From assembly GCA_965215565.1 (NCBI GenBank), contig CBDCDZ010000004.1:3360001-3424000 (forward strand): 64,000 nucleotides of DNA. The letters are read 5' to 3'. The DNA is from Trueperaceae bacterium. GTDB lineage: Bacteria > Deinococcota > Deinococci > Deinococcales > Trueperaceae. The notes under the pieces are model-generated. The model was given only the letters and a program-made list of their open reading frames with translations. It was not told the DNA's origin and ran no database searches. The position numbers and the translations under genes were made by a program. Positions 22,638 through 33,637 of this stretch are shown here, piece after piece. The stretch's first letter is position 1, and the number at the start of each line of letters is the position of its first letter.

Positions 22638-22743
22638 ATACTGAAGCTAGCATAGTGGCAGTCTCGAGCACGTTCAAGCAACATAAACACCTTCATGAAG
22701 AGCCAACCCTACCCCTCTTGAGCCAATCATGTTAATCTCACGT

Positions 22744-25700
22744 ATGAAAAAGTTCATAGCTGGGTGCAGGTCTTATCGGTCTGTCGTAGTTTTTTCGTTT
22801 CTCATCGCCCTCGCCGGGTGCGGTCTAACACCTCAAAATGCTGTGGACGATCCCGTAGGGGGCGATACGGGGGACGCTACACAAGTATGGCGAGCCTCCG
22901 AAGTCCCCTTTCAACTCTGCGACATCGACACCTTCGTCGTGAGCGAACTGAGCTTCACGAGGAGCGGGGACGCACTTACAGGAACCCTCTCACTCGTCAG
23001 CGGTCAGACGGGCTTGATAGCGTCGGGACCGTTCGAGGGAACGGTGTCGGGTGAAGAGGTTACGGGCACAGCAACCTTATCGGGCGACGTCGAGGCGACG
23101 CTCGAGGCTGAGCTGACCCTCACGGACACCCTATCGGGCACGCTCACCGCGCAAGAGAGCGTCGAGTGCAACGTGAGCGAGTCGGGAACCTTGAGGCTCG
23201 AGCTAGAAGGCGTCCAGCCCGACTCCGCCAAGCCTCAGCGCATCGAAAACGTAGACTGGCGCGATGAGAACATCTACTTCGCTTTCACCGACCGCTTCAA
23301 CAACGGCGACCCCAGCAACGACGACGGCGCAGCTAGAGAAGGTGCGTTCGACGAGGCTGACCTCTCCAACGAGCGCCTCTGGCACGGCGGCGACTGGGCG
23401 GGCATCACGCAGAAGATCGAAGAGGGGTACTTTGGCGAGCTTGGCTTTACCGCTATCTGGATTTCGCCTGTGTACTATCAAGTCCCGGCGATTCTCATGG
23501 AGAACTTCGAATCGTTCTCCGAAGAGGGACCCTTCGCGGGCTTCCACGGCTACTGGGCGGAAGACTTTTTGCGCACCGATCCGCACTTCGGCACGCTCGA
23601 TGAGCTTAAAACGCTCGTGCGCACCGCCCACGAAAACGACATCAAAATCGTCCAGGACATGATCGTCAATCACACGGGCTACGGCTCGACGATGATGGAG
23701 ACGCGCCCCGAGTGGCTGCGCGATGAGCCCATCTGCTATACGGACGCCGCCCCGGACGAGCAAGCCTGTCTGCTCGCTGAACTGCCCGACTTCATCCAAG
23801 CGAACGAAGAGGTGCCGCCCTTCTTGAACGAAACGGTGCGCTATTGGGTGGAGGAAATAGGCATCGACGGCATCCGCATGGATACGGTCAAGCACGTCCC
23901 TGACTTCTACTGGGAGGACTTCTTCGCGCCGGGCGGCGCGGGCGACCCCGAGCGCATCTGGACGGTGGGCGAAGTCTTTAGCGGCGACGTAGGGCTCATC
24001 GCCAAGTATCAAAACGACATCGGCATCCCCTCCTTGTTCGACTTCCCGCTGCACTACGCAATCAACGAACAGCTTTCAGGACCGGACGGAAACTTGGACG
24101 GCGTAGCGGACATCTTCGCGCAGGACGCCGCCTACGACGACCCTACGCGCCTCACGACTTTCGTGGACAACCACGACGTGGCGCGGTTCGTGACCGTTTC
24201 GCAAAACAAAGGCGTCTCTTATGAAGACGCGCAGGAGCGTCTGGATTTAGGGCTCTCGCTCATCTACACTTCGCGCGGTCATCCGATGGTCTACTACGGG
24301 ACAGAAATCGCCTTACAGGGTGGCAACGATCCTGACAACCGTGCAGATATGGACTTCTCCCGCTTGGCGGACTCCTCCTTGGACGAGCGTTTGGCGGCGC
24401 TAGCGAACGCCAGGGCGAGTTATCCCGCCCTCACGCGCGGTTCGCATGAGGTCTTGGCGCAACCGAGCAACACGGGAACGGCTATTTTGGCGTATCGTCG
24501 CACCCTAGAAGGTGAACAGCCCGTCGTGGCGGTGCTCAATAACGGTGACGAAGCCGTCGACCTCTCGAGCTTACCCGCGGGTGGCGTTCCGCTCTTAGGA
24601 ACCTTCGCGGACGGCGCGGCCCTCACGGAAGTCACGGGGCGCGACAACCCTCTCAGCTTGCAAAACGGTCTTCTTGTCGGCACGATTCCCGCCCGCACGC
24701 TGCTCGCGCTGAGCGCCGAAGCCGGACAGGGCGGCGGCAGCAATCCTGACCTGGCGAACGTCACTGACCTCTCCGCGCTATCCGGCAACGGCGCGGTCAA
24801 GCTTAGCTGGACGCCCGTGGAGGACGACGCGGCGGTAGGCTACCGCGTGCGCTACCGCGCGGAGGGCGAGGAAGGCTTCCAAGCGGGACAATTCACCAGC
24901 GTGACGGCGAGTGAGGCAGTGGTCTACACGCTCACGAACGGCACCCCCTACGAGTTCAACGTGGTGACGGTAGACAGTGGCGGGCGCGAGTCGGACGGCA
25001 CATCGGTCACCGCCACGCCAGACCCCGACGCCACCGCCCAAGTGACCTTCGTCGTGGACGCCCGCTCGCAAGGGAGCAGCGCCGACATCGAAATTCGCCG
25101 CTTCGACACAGGCGAGCAGTTGGAGTACCCGATGACGCCCGTAGAGGGTCAGCGCGGCTTCTACGAAACGACTTTAGAGCTTCCTCTGCTCCGCGAAATC
25201 TCCTTTAAGTTCTCCAACGACGCGCCGAACGCGAAGAATGCGGGGTATGAGGACGGGCTTTCGGGTACGACGAACCGCCCCTTGCTCATCGACGAAGCCG
25301 AGCTGACCTTTGAAGGCGTCTACGACTTCATCGTCACACCCGTGCCCGACGCCGCCATCCAGGGCACCGTTACCTTGGACGGCTTGCCCCTCAGCGCGGT
25401 GCTCGTCGAAGCGGCGGACACACCGCAGACGTACTACGCTTTCACCTTCTCCGACGGGTCTTACTACCTACCCTTCCTGGCGGGGGAGAGCACGACGCTG
25501 ACCGCCTCGAGAGAGCGTCTAAGCGACGCCACCCAAGACGCCACCGCGCCCGCCGAAAACGTGGACTTCACGCTGGAGGCTGAGCCAGTAGGCGTCACGA
25601 AGTACGACATTGACGCGGACCTCTCCGACTGGACGGAGCCCGCCGCCTCGCTGCAGAGCCCGAACGAAGGCGTGTTCGGACCCGACAACAACTTCAAAGC

Positions 25701-26211
25701 GCTGTTCGTAGACTTTGACGAGACCTACCTCTACCTCGGCTACACCTACCGCGCGGCGGGTAACTCCGTCATCCTCTACCTAGATACGGTGGAGGGCGGC
25801 AGCACCACGGCTGAGAACTTCGGCACCTTGCCGCGCCTCGTCACCTTTAATGAGCCCGTCGACCTCTTCATCTCGCAGTTCGAAGGGCAAGACGTTCAGC
25901 TCTACGACGTCGTGTCTGAGGAAGAAGTGACGCGCTCCACCATGCGTTACCCCGTCGCCACGGCGGGCAGCGCGCCGGCGTTCACGACAGAAGCTGCGAT
26001 TCCTTGGACGGCGCTGGGGTTTGAGGGACAGCCGGACGCGGGTACAGTGGTAAACCTCTACGCAGGCATCTACGGCGGCGACAACTACGGCGCGGGCGAC
26101 ATTGCGCCAGACGCGACGTCGACGCCCGCCGCGCCTGAGAATACGATTGCGAGCTTTGATGACAACGCCGCAGCGACGTTCGAGACACCTTTCTCGGTCA
26201 CGGTGGAGTAG
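22744..26211 (+). CDS. Multidomain GH13 alpha-amylase/amylopullulanase-like lipoprotein (N-terminal beta domain, GH13, FnIII, accessory beta-sandwiches)
   Basis: Lipobox LAGC; DRF.NGD..ND, HGYW, D.IVNH, GIRMDTVKH, GEVF, FVDNHD; FnIII-like VKLSWTP...LTNGTPYEF. Confidence 0.9.
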   Translation: MKKFIAGCRSYRSVVVFSFLIALAGCGLTPQNAVDDPVGGDTGDATQVWRASEVPFQLCDIDTFVVSELSFTRSGDALTGTLSLVSGQTGLIASGPFEGTVSGEEVTGTATLSGDVEATLEAELTLTDTLSGTLTAQESVECNVSESGTLRLELEGVQPDSAKPQRIENVDWRDENIYFAFTDRFNNGDPSNDDGAAREGAFDEADLSNERLWHGGDWAGITQKIEEGYFGELGFTAIWISPVYYQVPAILMENFESFSEEGPFAGFHGYWAEDFLRTDPHFGTLDELKTLVRTAHENDIKIVQDMIVNHTGYGSTMMETRPEWLRDEPICYTDAAPDEQACLLAELPDFIQANEEVPPFLNETVRYWVEEIGIDGIRMDTVKHVPDFYWEDFFAPGGAGDPERIWTVGEVFSGDVGLIAKYQNDIGIPSLFDFPLHYAINEQLSGPDGNLDGVADIFAQDAAYDDPTRLTTFVDNHDVARFVTVSQNKGVSYEDAQERLDLGLSLIYTSRGHPMVYYGTEIALQGGNDPDNRADMDFSRLADSSLDERLAALANARASYPALTRGSHEVLAQPSNTGTAILAYRRTLEGEQPVVAVLNNGDEAVDLSSLPAGGVPLLGTFADGAALTEVTGRDNPLSLQNGLLVGTIPARTLLALSAEAGQGGGSNPDLANVTDLSALSGNGAVKLSWTPVEDDAAVGYRVRYRAEGEEGFQAGQFTSVTASEAVVYTLTNGTPYEFNVVTVDSGGRESDGTSVTATPDPDATAQVTFVVDARSQGSSADIEIRRFDTGEQLEYPMTPVEGQRGFYETTLELPLLREISFKFSNDAPNAKNAGYEDGLSGTTNRPLLIDEAELTFEGVYDFIVTPVPDAAIQGTVTLDGLPLSAVLVEAADTPQTYYAFTFSDGSYYLPFLAGESTTLTASRERLSDATQDATAPAENVDFTLEAEPVGVTKYDIDADLSDWTEPAASLQSPNEGVFGPDNNFKALFVDFDETYLYLGYTYRAAGNSVILYLDTVEGGSTTAENFGTLPRLVTFNEPVDLFISQFEGQDVQLYDVVSEEEVTRSTMRYPVATAGSAPAFTTEAAIPWTALGFEGQPDAGTVVNLYAGIYGGDNYGAGDIAPDATSTPAAPENTIASFDDNAAATFETPFSVTVE

Positions 26212-26258
26212 GGTTTAGGTTACTCGAGTTATCCCGATAAGCTAGACACACAGCGTGT

Positions 26259-27713
<1,455 letters not shown>

Positions 27714-28201
27714 CTCTCACACACCACCTGCGTGGATTGCGCCCATACCGGTTGCCCCCGCGCTTGTTGTCAACGGGTGGCTGCGTGGCTATCCATAGTA
27801 ACAGGAGAAAGCCGCCGGGCAGGAGGGTCAAAATGGCTCCCTTGCCGGATTTGTTCATATCTTGTAAACGCTTCACGGTGATGAACGCCGTGCCGATGTA
27901 GACGAGCCCGAGTGCGGCGAGGTTGAGGAGCGCTAAAAAGGTGGTGAGCGTGTGGGTAAGCTCGAGCAACAAAACCCCCGGCGCAAGGATGGCGAGAAGT
28001 GGCGGCGCGAAGAGAACAGCGTAACTGAGCGTCACGAGCAGGGTAAAGGTGCGCCTGCGCATCCGTCCGTGCACCTTGCTGAGTAGGTTCTCTAAACCGC
28101 GCCTAAACACACCTCATGGTGCAGGAAAAGCGTGCTAAACGTGGTGCAGAAGCACATAGAACGTTCTGTTTTTCACGCTTTTAGAGTTCATAGAGCGTTC
28201 A

Positions 28202-28241
28202 TTGAAAGAAATCCCAAAAAGGGCTACAATAAAGGCTACAA
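28202..28241 (+). promoter_or_regulatory. Sigma70-type promoter and direct-repeat operator of the TA pair
   Basis: TTGAAA (28202)-N17-TACAAT (28225); GGCTACAA repeated at 28222 and 28234. Confidence 0.65.
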
Positions 28242-28255
28242 ATAAGGAGGCAAAG

Positions 28256-28525
28256 GTGAAACGAGTCGGCATTCGCGAATTCAAAGACAAAGCCACGGCT
28301 TTAATCGCCGAAGAGAAGGGGCTCGTGATCGAGCGGCACGGCAAGCCTGTGGGGTTTTATATTCCGCTCGTCAAAAAGGATAAGGCACAGGCGAAAGAGG
28401 CGGTAGAGAAGCTGGAGCGCACCATTGAGGACGTACTGGAACGCACCGGTATGACTCGTGACGAGTTGGTTGCGTTTTTTACGGAGGATTGGGAGGAAGG
28501 CGTGCGCCATGCGCCTCGTGATTGA
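28256..28525 (+). CDS. Phd/YefM-like antitoxin
   Basis: MKRVGIREFK...LVIERHGKPVG; AAGGAGG before GTG 28256. Confidence 0.85.
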   Translation: MKRVGIREFKDKATALIAEEKGLVIERHGKPVGFYIPLVKKDKAQAKEAVEKLERTIEDVLERTGMTRDELVAFFTEDWEEGVRHAPRD

Positions 28526-28946
28526 CGCGAGTACGTTAGTTGGCGAGTTGCTCCGCGAACGCGGTAAGAAGCTCATCCTTGACCCTCGGCTCGAGCTTTA
28601 CATCGCCGAGCCCACCTGGAGCGAGATGCGTCATGAACTCCTCCGGCGTCAGAAACTTTTGGTGCAGCGCGGTAGGCTCTCACCAGAGCTTGCAGCGACA
28701 CTTCTCCAAGAGGGATTCGACGCCGCTGGAAGGGCACTTTCGGTAATGTCTAGCGCCTCTTTAGAGCCTTTTCGAGAGACCGCGCTCGGACGCATTCCGC
28801 AAGACGCGGATGACTGGCCTAGTGTCGCTCTAGCTCTGATGCTGGATGTGGGCATCTGGACCGAAGACCGCGATTTCTTCGGCTCCGGTCTCGCGACGTG
28901 GCAAACCTCAGTTTTGCGACACGTCTTAGAAACGGAAGCTGAGTGA
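28509..28946 (+). CDS. PIN domain toxin
   Basis: MRLVIDAS, D.DDWP..ALA, IWTEDRDF; overlaps the antitoxin. Confidence 0.88.
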   Translation: MRLVIDASTLVGELLRERGKKLILDPRLELYIAEPTWSEMRHELLRRQKLLVQRGRLSPELAATLLQEGFDAAGRALSVMSSASLEPFRETALGRIPQDADDWPSVALALMLDVGIWTEDRDFFGSGLATWQTSVLRHVLETEAE

Positions 28947-29036
28947 GTATGTACAGACGAACGAGCGCGTACGAACGCTATTTTGGACTGACCGTGACCT
29001 CTCTGACTTTGTCTGATTTTACAAAACGCTACTTCG

Positions 29037-29510
29037 CTACCTCTTCGTCTGCCACGTCCCACCAACGCGCTTGCTGAGTAAGAGGCTGTCTTCCTCGAGC
29101 CCATATCCCATCCTTTTGTAGTAGGGAAGACGTGTTTCATCATCTAGTTGCATTTTAAGAACAGGGATATTGCGCTTGATGGCTAACGCCTCCAACTTCG
29201 TCAACACCCAGCGGTCTAGCTCTTGATTACGGTACGCTTCCAGAACGGCAGGTTGCTGGAGTGTCCAGCCCTCAAGGGTCTCGAGCCACATCAGCACGCA
29301 TAAAAGTTCACCCGCATTGTCTTCTAGGAGGAGAGCGCCACCTTGCTCGAGGTTCTCAACCACCTCTTCAAGCGTTGTCAGTTCATCTCTGTTCTCATTC
29401 AAAAGTTGCGCAACCACTGAGGCGTCCCCTAAGCCTGCGAGCCTCACCTTAGCAGCGCTGTGCCCTTCCTTCTGACCTTTTTGTAAGCGTTCTTGTGATG
29501 CGAGTGCCAC
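29037..29510 (-). CDS. GNAT family acetyltransferase
   Basis: AVLEAYRNQEL, YYKRMGY; AAGGAG before GTG 29510; lies in the arg cluster. Confidence 0.75.
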   Translation of the reverse strand: MALASQERLQKGQKEGHSAAKVRLAGLGDASVVAQLLNENRDELTTLEEVVENLEQGGALLLEDNAGELLCVLMWLETLEGWTLQQPAVLEAYRNQELDRWVLTKLEALAIKRNIPVLKMQLDDETRLPYYKRMGYGLEEDSLLLSKRVGGTWQTKR

Positions 29511-29573
29511 GCTGTCTCCTTTACCTCTCGAAGTGCAATACCAGCAGTAAAAATACGCTGAGAATAAGTAACG

Positions 29574-29619
29574 AGCAATGAGCAATGAGTCTAAAGGTTT
29601 TCACTCATTGCTCGTTGCT
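29574..29619 (-). terminator. Long hairpin after argG (terminator or mRNA stabiliser)
   Basis: AGCAATGAGCAATGAGT / ACTCATTGCTCGTTGCT, 16 of 17 bases complementary. Confidence 0.6.
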
Positions 29620-29620
29620 T

Positions 29621-30859
29621 TTAACTCGCCACTTCTTTCTTTCCCGCTTGCGCCGCGATGCGCAGCCTGAGCGCGTTCAATTTGATAAAGCCTTCCGCGT
29701 CGCCTTGGTTGTACACGTCGTCCTCTTCAAACGTCACGACATCTTGGCGGTAGAGGCTGTTCGGTGATTTGCGTCCTAAAACCGTGAGGTTGCCCTTGTA
29801 GAGCTTGAGCTTGACCGTGCCCGTGACGGGCTTTTGAATCTCATCCATCATCCCTTGCAACGCTTCGCGTTCGGGCGCGTACCAGAAGCCGTTGTAGACC
29901 ACCGAAGCGTATTTCGGGACGAGTTCGTCGCGGAGTTGCAAAACTTGTCTGTCGAGCGTCAGGGATTCAACTGCTTTGTGCGCGTGGTAGAGGAGCGTGC
30001 CGCCGGGCGTTTCATAGCAGCCCCGCGACTTCATGCCGACGAAACGGTTTTCGACGATGTCCACGCGCCCGACGCCGTGTTTGCCTGCGATTTCATTCGC
30101 TCGTTCTAGGAGGGCAACGGGGGCGAGAGGTTCACCGTCTATCGCGACGGGGTTGCCTGCTTCGAAGTCGATTTCTAAAGTCTGCGGCGTGTCCGGCGCG
30201 TCCTCCGGGTCAGCCGTGCGCTGCCACATCCCTTTGGGGGCTTCGGCCCAGGGGTCTTCCAAAACGCCGCCTTCGTAAGAGGTGTGAAAGAGGTTAGCGT
30301 CCGTTGAATAGGGTTTTTCTTTGGTGACAGGGACGCTAATGCCGTGTTCCTCAGCGTAGGCGATGCAGTCTTCGCGGCCCTTCAAATCCCATTCGCGCCA
30401 GGGGGCGATGACTTTGATGTCGGGGTTGAGGGCGTACGAGGAGAGTTCGAAGCGGACTTGATCGTTACCCTTGCCCGTCGCGCCGTGCGCGACAGCGTCT
30501 GCGCCCTCTCGAGCCGCAATTTCAATCATCCGCTTGGCGATAAGAGGACGAGCGAACGACGTGCCTAAGAGGTAGTAGCCCTCGTAAATCGCCCCGGAGC
30601 GAAGTACCGGAAAGACGAAGTCATTCACAAACGCTTCCGTGAGGTCATCTGCATAAGCATTCACCGCGCCTGTCTTGAGGGCTTTCTCCTTCGCCTCGGC
30701 AACCTCTTCGCCCTGGCCGATGTCGGCGGTAAAGGCGATGACGTCGGCGTTATAGTGGTCTTTAAGCCAGTGCAGAATAACGGAGGTGTCGAGCCCGCCC
30801 GAGTAAGCGAGGACAACTTTTTTGACCTGTGTTTTAACCTGTGTGCTCTCGGTTGACAT
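29621..30859 (-). CDS. argG: Argininosuccinate synthase
   Basis: [37 protein letters not shown]. Confidence 0.98.
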   Translation of the reverse strand: MSTESTQVKTQVKKVVLAYSGGLDTSVILHWLKDHYNADVIAFTADIGQGEEVAEAKEKALKTGAVNAYADDLTEAFVNDFVFPVLRSGAIYEGYYLLGTSFARPLIAKRMIEIAAREGADAVAHGATGKGNDQVRFELSSYALNPDIKVIAPWREWDLKGREDCIAYAEEHGISVPVTKEKPYSTDANLFHTSYEGGVLEDPWAEAPKGMWQRTADPEDAPDTPQTLEIDFEAGNPVAIDGEPLAPVALLERANEIAGKHGVGRVDIVENRFVGMKSRGCYETPGGTLLYHAHKAVESLTLDRQVLQLRDELVPKYASVVYNGFWYAPEREALQGMMDEIQKPVTGTVKLKLYKGNLTVLGRKSPNSLYRQDVVTFEEDDVYNQGDAEGFIKLNALRLRIAAQAGKKEVAS

Positions 30860-30943
30860 GTTCTTCTCCTCTAAACGACAAAACTCCGCACTAGGGCGCG
30901 GCTGCTCGAAGCAACATGACGAATAAACCGCTGAAAAGCGGTT

Positions 30944-30988
30944 TTAACGGCGTCGGACGCGGCTGAATGCGGAGGTTAGCTTGACCAT
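30944..30988 (-). CDS. Candidate Arg-rich leader peptide MVKLTSAFSRVRRR
   Basis: ATG at 30988 to TAA at 30944; 4 Arg in the last 5 codons; followed by a hairpin; upstream of argG. The ATG overlaps a possible -10 box. Confidence 0.4.
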   Translation of the reverse strand: MVKLTSAFSRVRRR

Positions 30989-31012
30989 AATGACAGTCGG
31001 TAAGTTATGCAA
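30984..31012 (-). promoter_or_regulatory. Sigma70-type promoter candidate for argG
   Basis: TTGCAT-N17-TATGGT on the minus strand; inverted repeat AAGTTAT (31002)/ATAACTT (31021) overlaps the -35 box. Confidence 0.5.
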
Positions 31013-31207
31013 AAGAAACGATAACTTTGCAAATCGTAGCACGGTGTTAGGGGAGGGTCAAGGTACACCGCTACCTTCACGTGAAAAAAGCTGGTCAGTT
31101 CTTTAAGCTCATCGGGGTGTTGAAAAAACTGGAATTTACTCAAGCTGGTTGCGCAGTCTTCGCCGGAACGAACGGCGCTGAACTTGCTAACGCGCTGAGA
31201 CACTCTT

Positions 31208-31525
31208 TTATCCTACGGCTACATCGGCTAAGAGGTAGATACTAACAGCGATGGCAGCGCGGATGAGGTGATTTCTCGCTTCTATCTTGCCGATAACCAC
31301 CTGAGCGTTGAGTAAAGAGGTTACGGACGCCATCACCAGACCAACTGCGAGGATGACTCTCGTATAGGGAATAGAGGAGACCATCGCAGCAGCCGCCACC
31401 ATGAGCACGGCGGCGGCGAGCATAAAGAGCCCCGCCACCCAGGGCTTGCGCCGAATCACCATCCACGCGCCGAAGGCGTTGACAAAAGCGTAAAGCGCGG
31501 TGACGAGGGCGGCGAGCAGGGGCAT
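31208..31525 (-). CDS. Small membrane protein of about 4 TM helices
   Basis: Hydrophobic 105-aa ORF, co-oriented with and close to the upstream gene. Confidence 0.75.
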   Translation of the reverse strand: MPLLAALVTALYAFVNAFGAWMVIRRKPWVAGLFMLAAAVLMVAAAAMVSSIPYTRVILAVGLVMASVTSLLNAQVVIGKIEARNHLIRAAIAVSIYLLADVAVG

Positions 31526-31541
31526 CTAGGCTAGAAATGCG

Positions 31542-32393
31542 CTATAAAAACGCGCTGACAAGGGCGTCCGGTTCTAGTATGTCTTGGAGGTAAATGATCT
31601 CTAAGGGTTTATGCGTGAGCTTTTGTACTCGTCCGATGAGCCAAGCGTCCGCGCCCGACGTTTTGTCCGCTACCATCACGAGCTTATCCACGCTGCCCTT
31701 GCGCCCCAAGTAGCGCGCCGCCCCCAACACTTCGCTGTCGGTAGGGATAAGGCGCTCGTCTATGCGCCGCCCTTCGGCTCGGAGCATGGCAGGGTCTAGC
31801 TGCCGCTGTGAGACGATGTGGGCTTCTGTTCCTTCCAGAGCTGCCGCCATCACCGCTTCTCGCAACAACCAAGGTTGAGCGATAACGCCCACCGTGCCTC
31901 CCTCAGAAGGACGAACGCGCCAGCGGGGTTCGGCTATTTTAGGTGCTCGAGCCGAGGTGCGGTTGCGCTCCCACACGCGCCTGACTAACGCGGGGTCACG
32001 GGTGAGCGTGTGCAAGGTGCTGATGACGAGCGTCTCTAAATTTCCTTCCAGTGAAGCGGGCACGCTCAAAACAGGGGGCAAACCGCTAAGGGAGGCGCTC
32101 AACGCTTCGGGAAAACTTGCGATAAAGGGGTCCTGACCACTGCCGCGTTGTGAAGTCGCATCAGGGTTAAGCTCGGGCGCGAGAATCACATCAACCCCTT
32201 CAAACGCCAAGGCTTCGGCGGCAGCGAGCTTAAAAGTGAAACCGGAAACGATGTCTAAACGCTCGTCCTTTAGTGCGCGTTCGACCTCTTCGGGTGCAGC
32301 GTGAGCAACCTCTAAGCCGACGCCCGTAACGAGTTTTTCCCAGAGGGAACCGTAGCGAGACCAAAGCAGTTGAGTGATGAAACCGACGCGCAT
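31542..32393 (-). CDS. Conserved hypothetical protein, weakly resembling acyl-CoA dehydratase activase-associated (DUF2229-like) proteins
   Basis: MRVGFITQLLWSRYG...GVIAQPWLL. The longer N-terminus in the ORF track is derived from a repeat. Confidence 0.6.
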   Translation of the reverse strand: MRVGFITQLLWSRYGSLWEKLVTGVGLEVAHAAPEEVERALKDERLDIVSGFTFKLAAAEALAFEGVDVILAPELNPDATSQRGSGQDPFIASFPEALSASLSGLPPVLSVPASLEGNLETLVISTLHTLTRDPALVRRVWERNRTSARAPKIAEPRWRVRPSEGGTVGVIAQPWLLREAVMAAALEGTEAHIVSQRQLDPAMLRAEGRRIDERLIPTDSEVLGAARYLGRKGSVDKLVMVADKTSGADAWLIGRVQKLTHKPLEIIYLQDILEPDALVSAFL

Positions 32394-32418
32394 AGCGAAG
32401 AGGAGTCTATCACAGGAA

Positions 32419-32566
32419 ATAGCAGGTAGCATCTGGTCAGAAGTAGCAGGTAGCATCTGGTCACGAACGCGCTAACGCAATAAAACCACGACTCAACTCG
32501 CACTATAAATAGAGGCTATCTACGACTCTGAACCTCAGTTGTTCTACAATCGCTCAAAACTGTTAT
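32419..32566 (+). mobile_element. Diverged copy of the MITE-like repeat with a tandemly duplicated left end
   Basis: TAGCAGGTAGCATCTGGTCA at 32420 and 32444; internal ACTCGCACT; ends AACTGTTAT. Confidence 0.5.
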
Positions 32567-32641
32567 AACAGGCATGAAAAAGCTCGAGACCTTACGCCTC
32601 GAGCCTACTCAGTGATTCTAAATGGGTGTTTCTTCAGTTCT

Positions 32642-33637
32642 TTACTGACTGACCTCAACGCTGCCGCTCATCGCAGGGTAGACGGTGCTCGAGTACGTCG
32701 CCAGTTGTTCGGCAAGCTCGGGTGTGAGCGTAAACATCACGCTGCTGCCCTCATCTGCGAAGTTGACCTCCGAGTTATCCTCCAAGGTCCCTTGAGGCTG
32801 CCCCTGCGCGAGCAGAAAGCTGCCGCTCTCGTCACGAAAGTCGATGGGACCGTCGGATGTCTCGAAGACGTAGCGCTGACCCGTCGTCAAGTTGAGCGTA
32901 GGGTTTTGCGTGTCCACTTCAGCGACGTTGTTGCCACCGTCAACCGAGGTCACGATCCAAGCGGTGTTACTTTCGTTCGAGAGGTTAATGGTGACGTCAC
33001 CCTCTTGGCTAGCTGCGCCGCCCATCGCACCACCTGTTGCGCCCCCGGTTGCCGCGCCTCCGGTTGTGCCACCCGTCGCGCCCCCTGTCGCGCTCCCGCC
33101 CGTCTCCGAATCTTGTCCGGTCACGGCGTCAACGGCTGCCGCTGCCGCACCCCCTACTGCGCCCGCCGCTGCCGCCGCTGCACCGGAAACAGCGTCACCT
33201 ATACCGCCGCCTGCCTCATCGCCACCTGTCGTGCCACCCGTCGCCGCGCCACCTGTTGCGCCGCCTGTCGCTGCGCCCCCAGTCGCCGCACCTCCGGTTG
33301 CGCCACCCGTTTCATCTCCAGTTAGCGCTCCAGCCGCCGCGCCCGCTGCACCTGCTGCTGCGCCAGCCGCACCAGCCGCCGCGCCGCTAACACCACCCGT
33401 GCTGCCACCCGTTGCCGCGCCGCCCGTTGCTGCGCCCCCGGTTGCGCCGCCCGTCGCCGCCCCTACCTCTTCCGTAACGTCCGCGACCTCTGTGTCTGTT
33501 GTATCCGCCGCGCTCTCCGCACTTTCGGTCCCCGAGCCACCCTCTTCTGAGCCGCCCCCGCCGCCACACGCCACCACGCCGAAGCTGAGCAGAAGTGCCA
33601 ATACCAAGAGACGAAATTTTGAAGCTGCGTTATCCAT
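32642..33637 (-). CDS. Lipoprotein with Gly/Ala/Thr repeats and a C-terminal cupredoxin-like domain
   Basis: Lipobox VVAC; (GGA)ATGG repeats; NPTLNL..GQRY.F...Y....YPAMSG.V.V. Confidence 0.75.
   Translation of the reverse strand: MDNAASKFRLLVLALLLSFGVVACGGGGGSEEGGSGTESAESAADTTDTEVADVTEEVGAATGGATGGAATGGAATGGSTGGVSGAAAGAAGAAAGAAGAAAGALTGDETGGATGGAATGGAATGGATGGAATGGTTGGDEAGGGIGDAVSGAAAAAAGAVGGAAAAAVDAVTGQDSETGGSATGGATGGTTGGAATGGATGGAMGGAASQEGDVTINLSNESNTAWIVTSVDGGNNVAEVDTQNPTLNLTTGQRYVFETSDGPIDFRDESGSFLLAQGQPQGTLEDNSEVNFADEGSSVMFTLTPELAEQLATYSSTVYPAMSGSVEVSQ

Noticed and set aside
32420..32463. 20-bp direct repeat as a mini-CRISPR, or as the protein N-terminus MLPATSDQMLPA
   Set aside because: Only two copies 4 nt apart and no cas genes; it is the duplicated left end of the MITE-like family.
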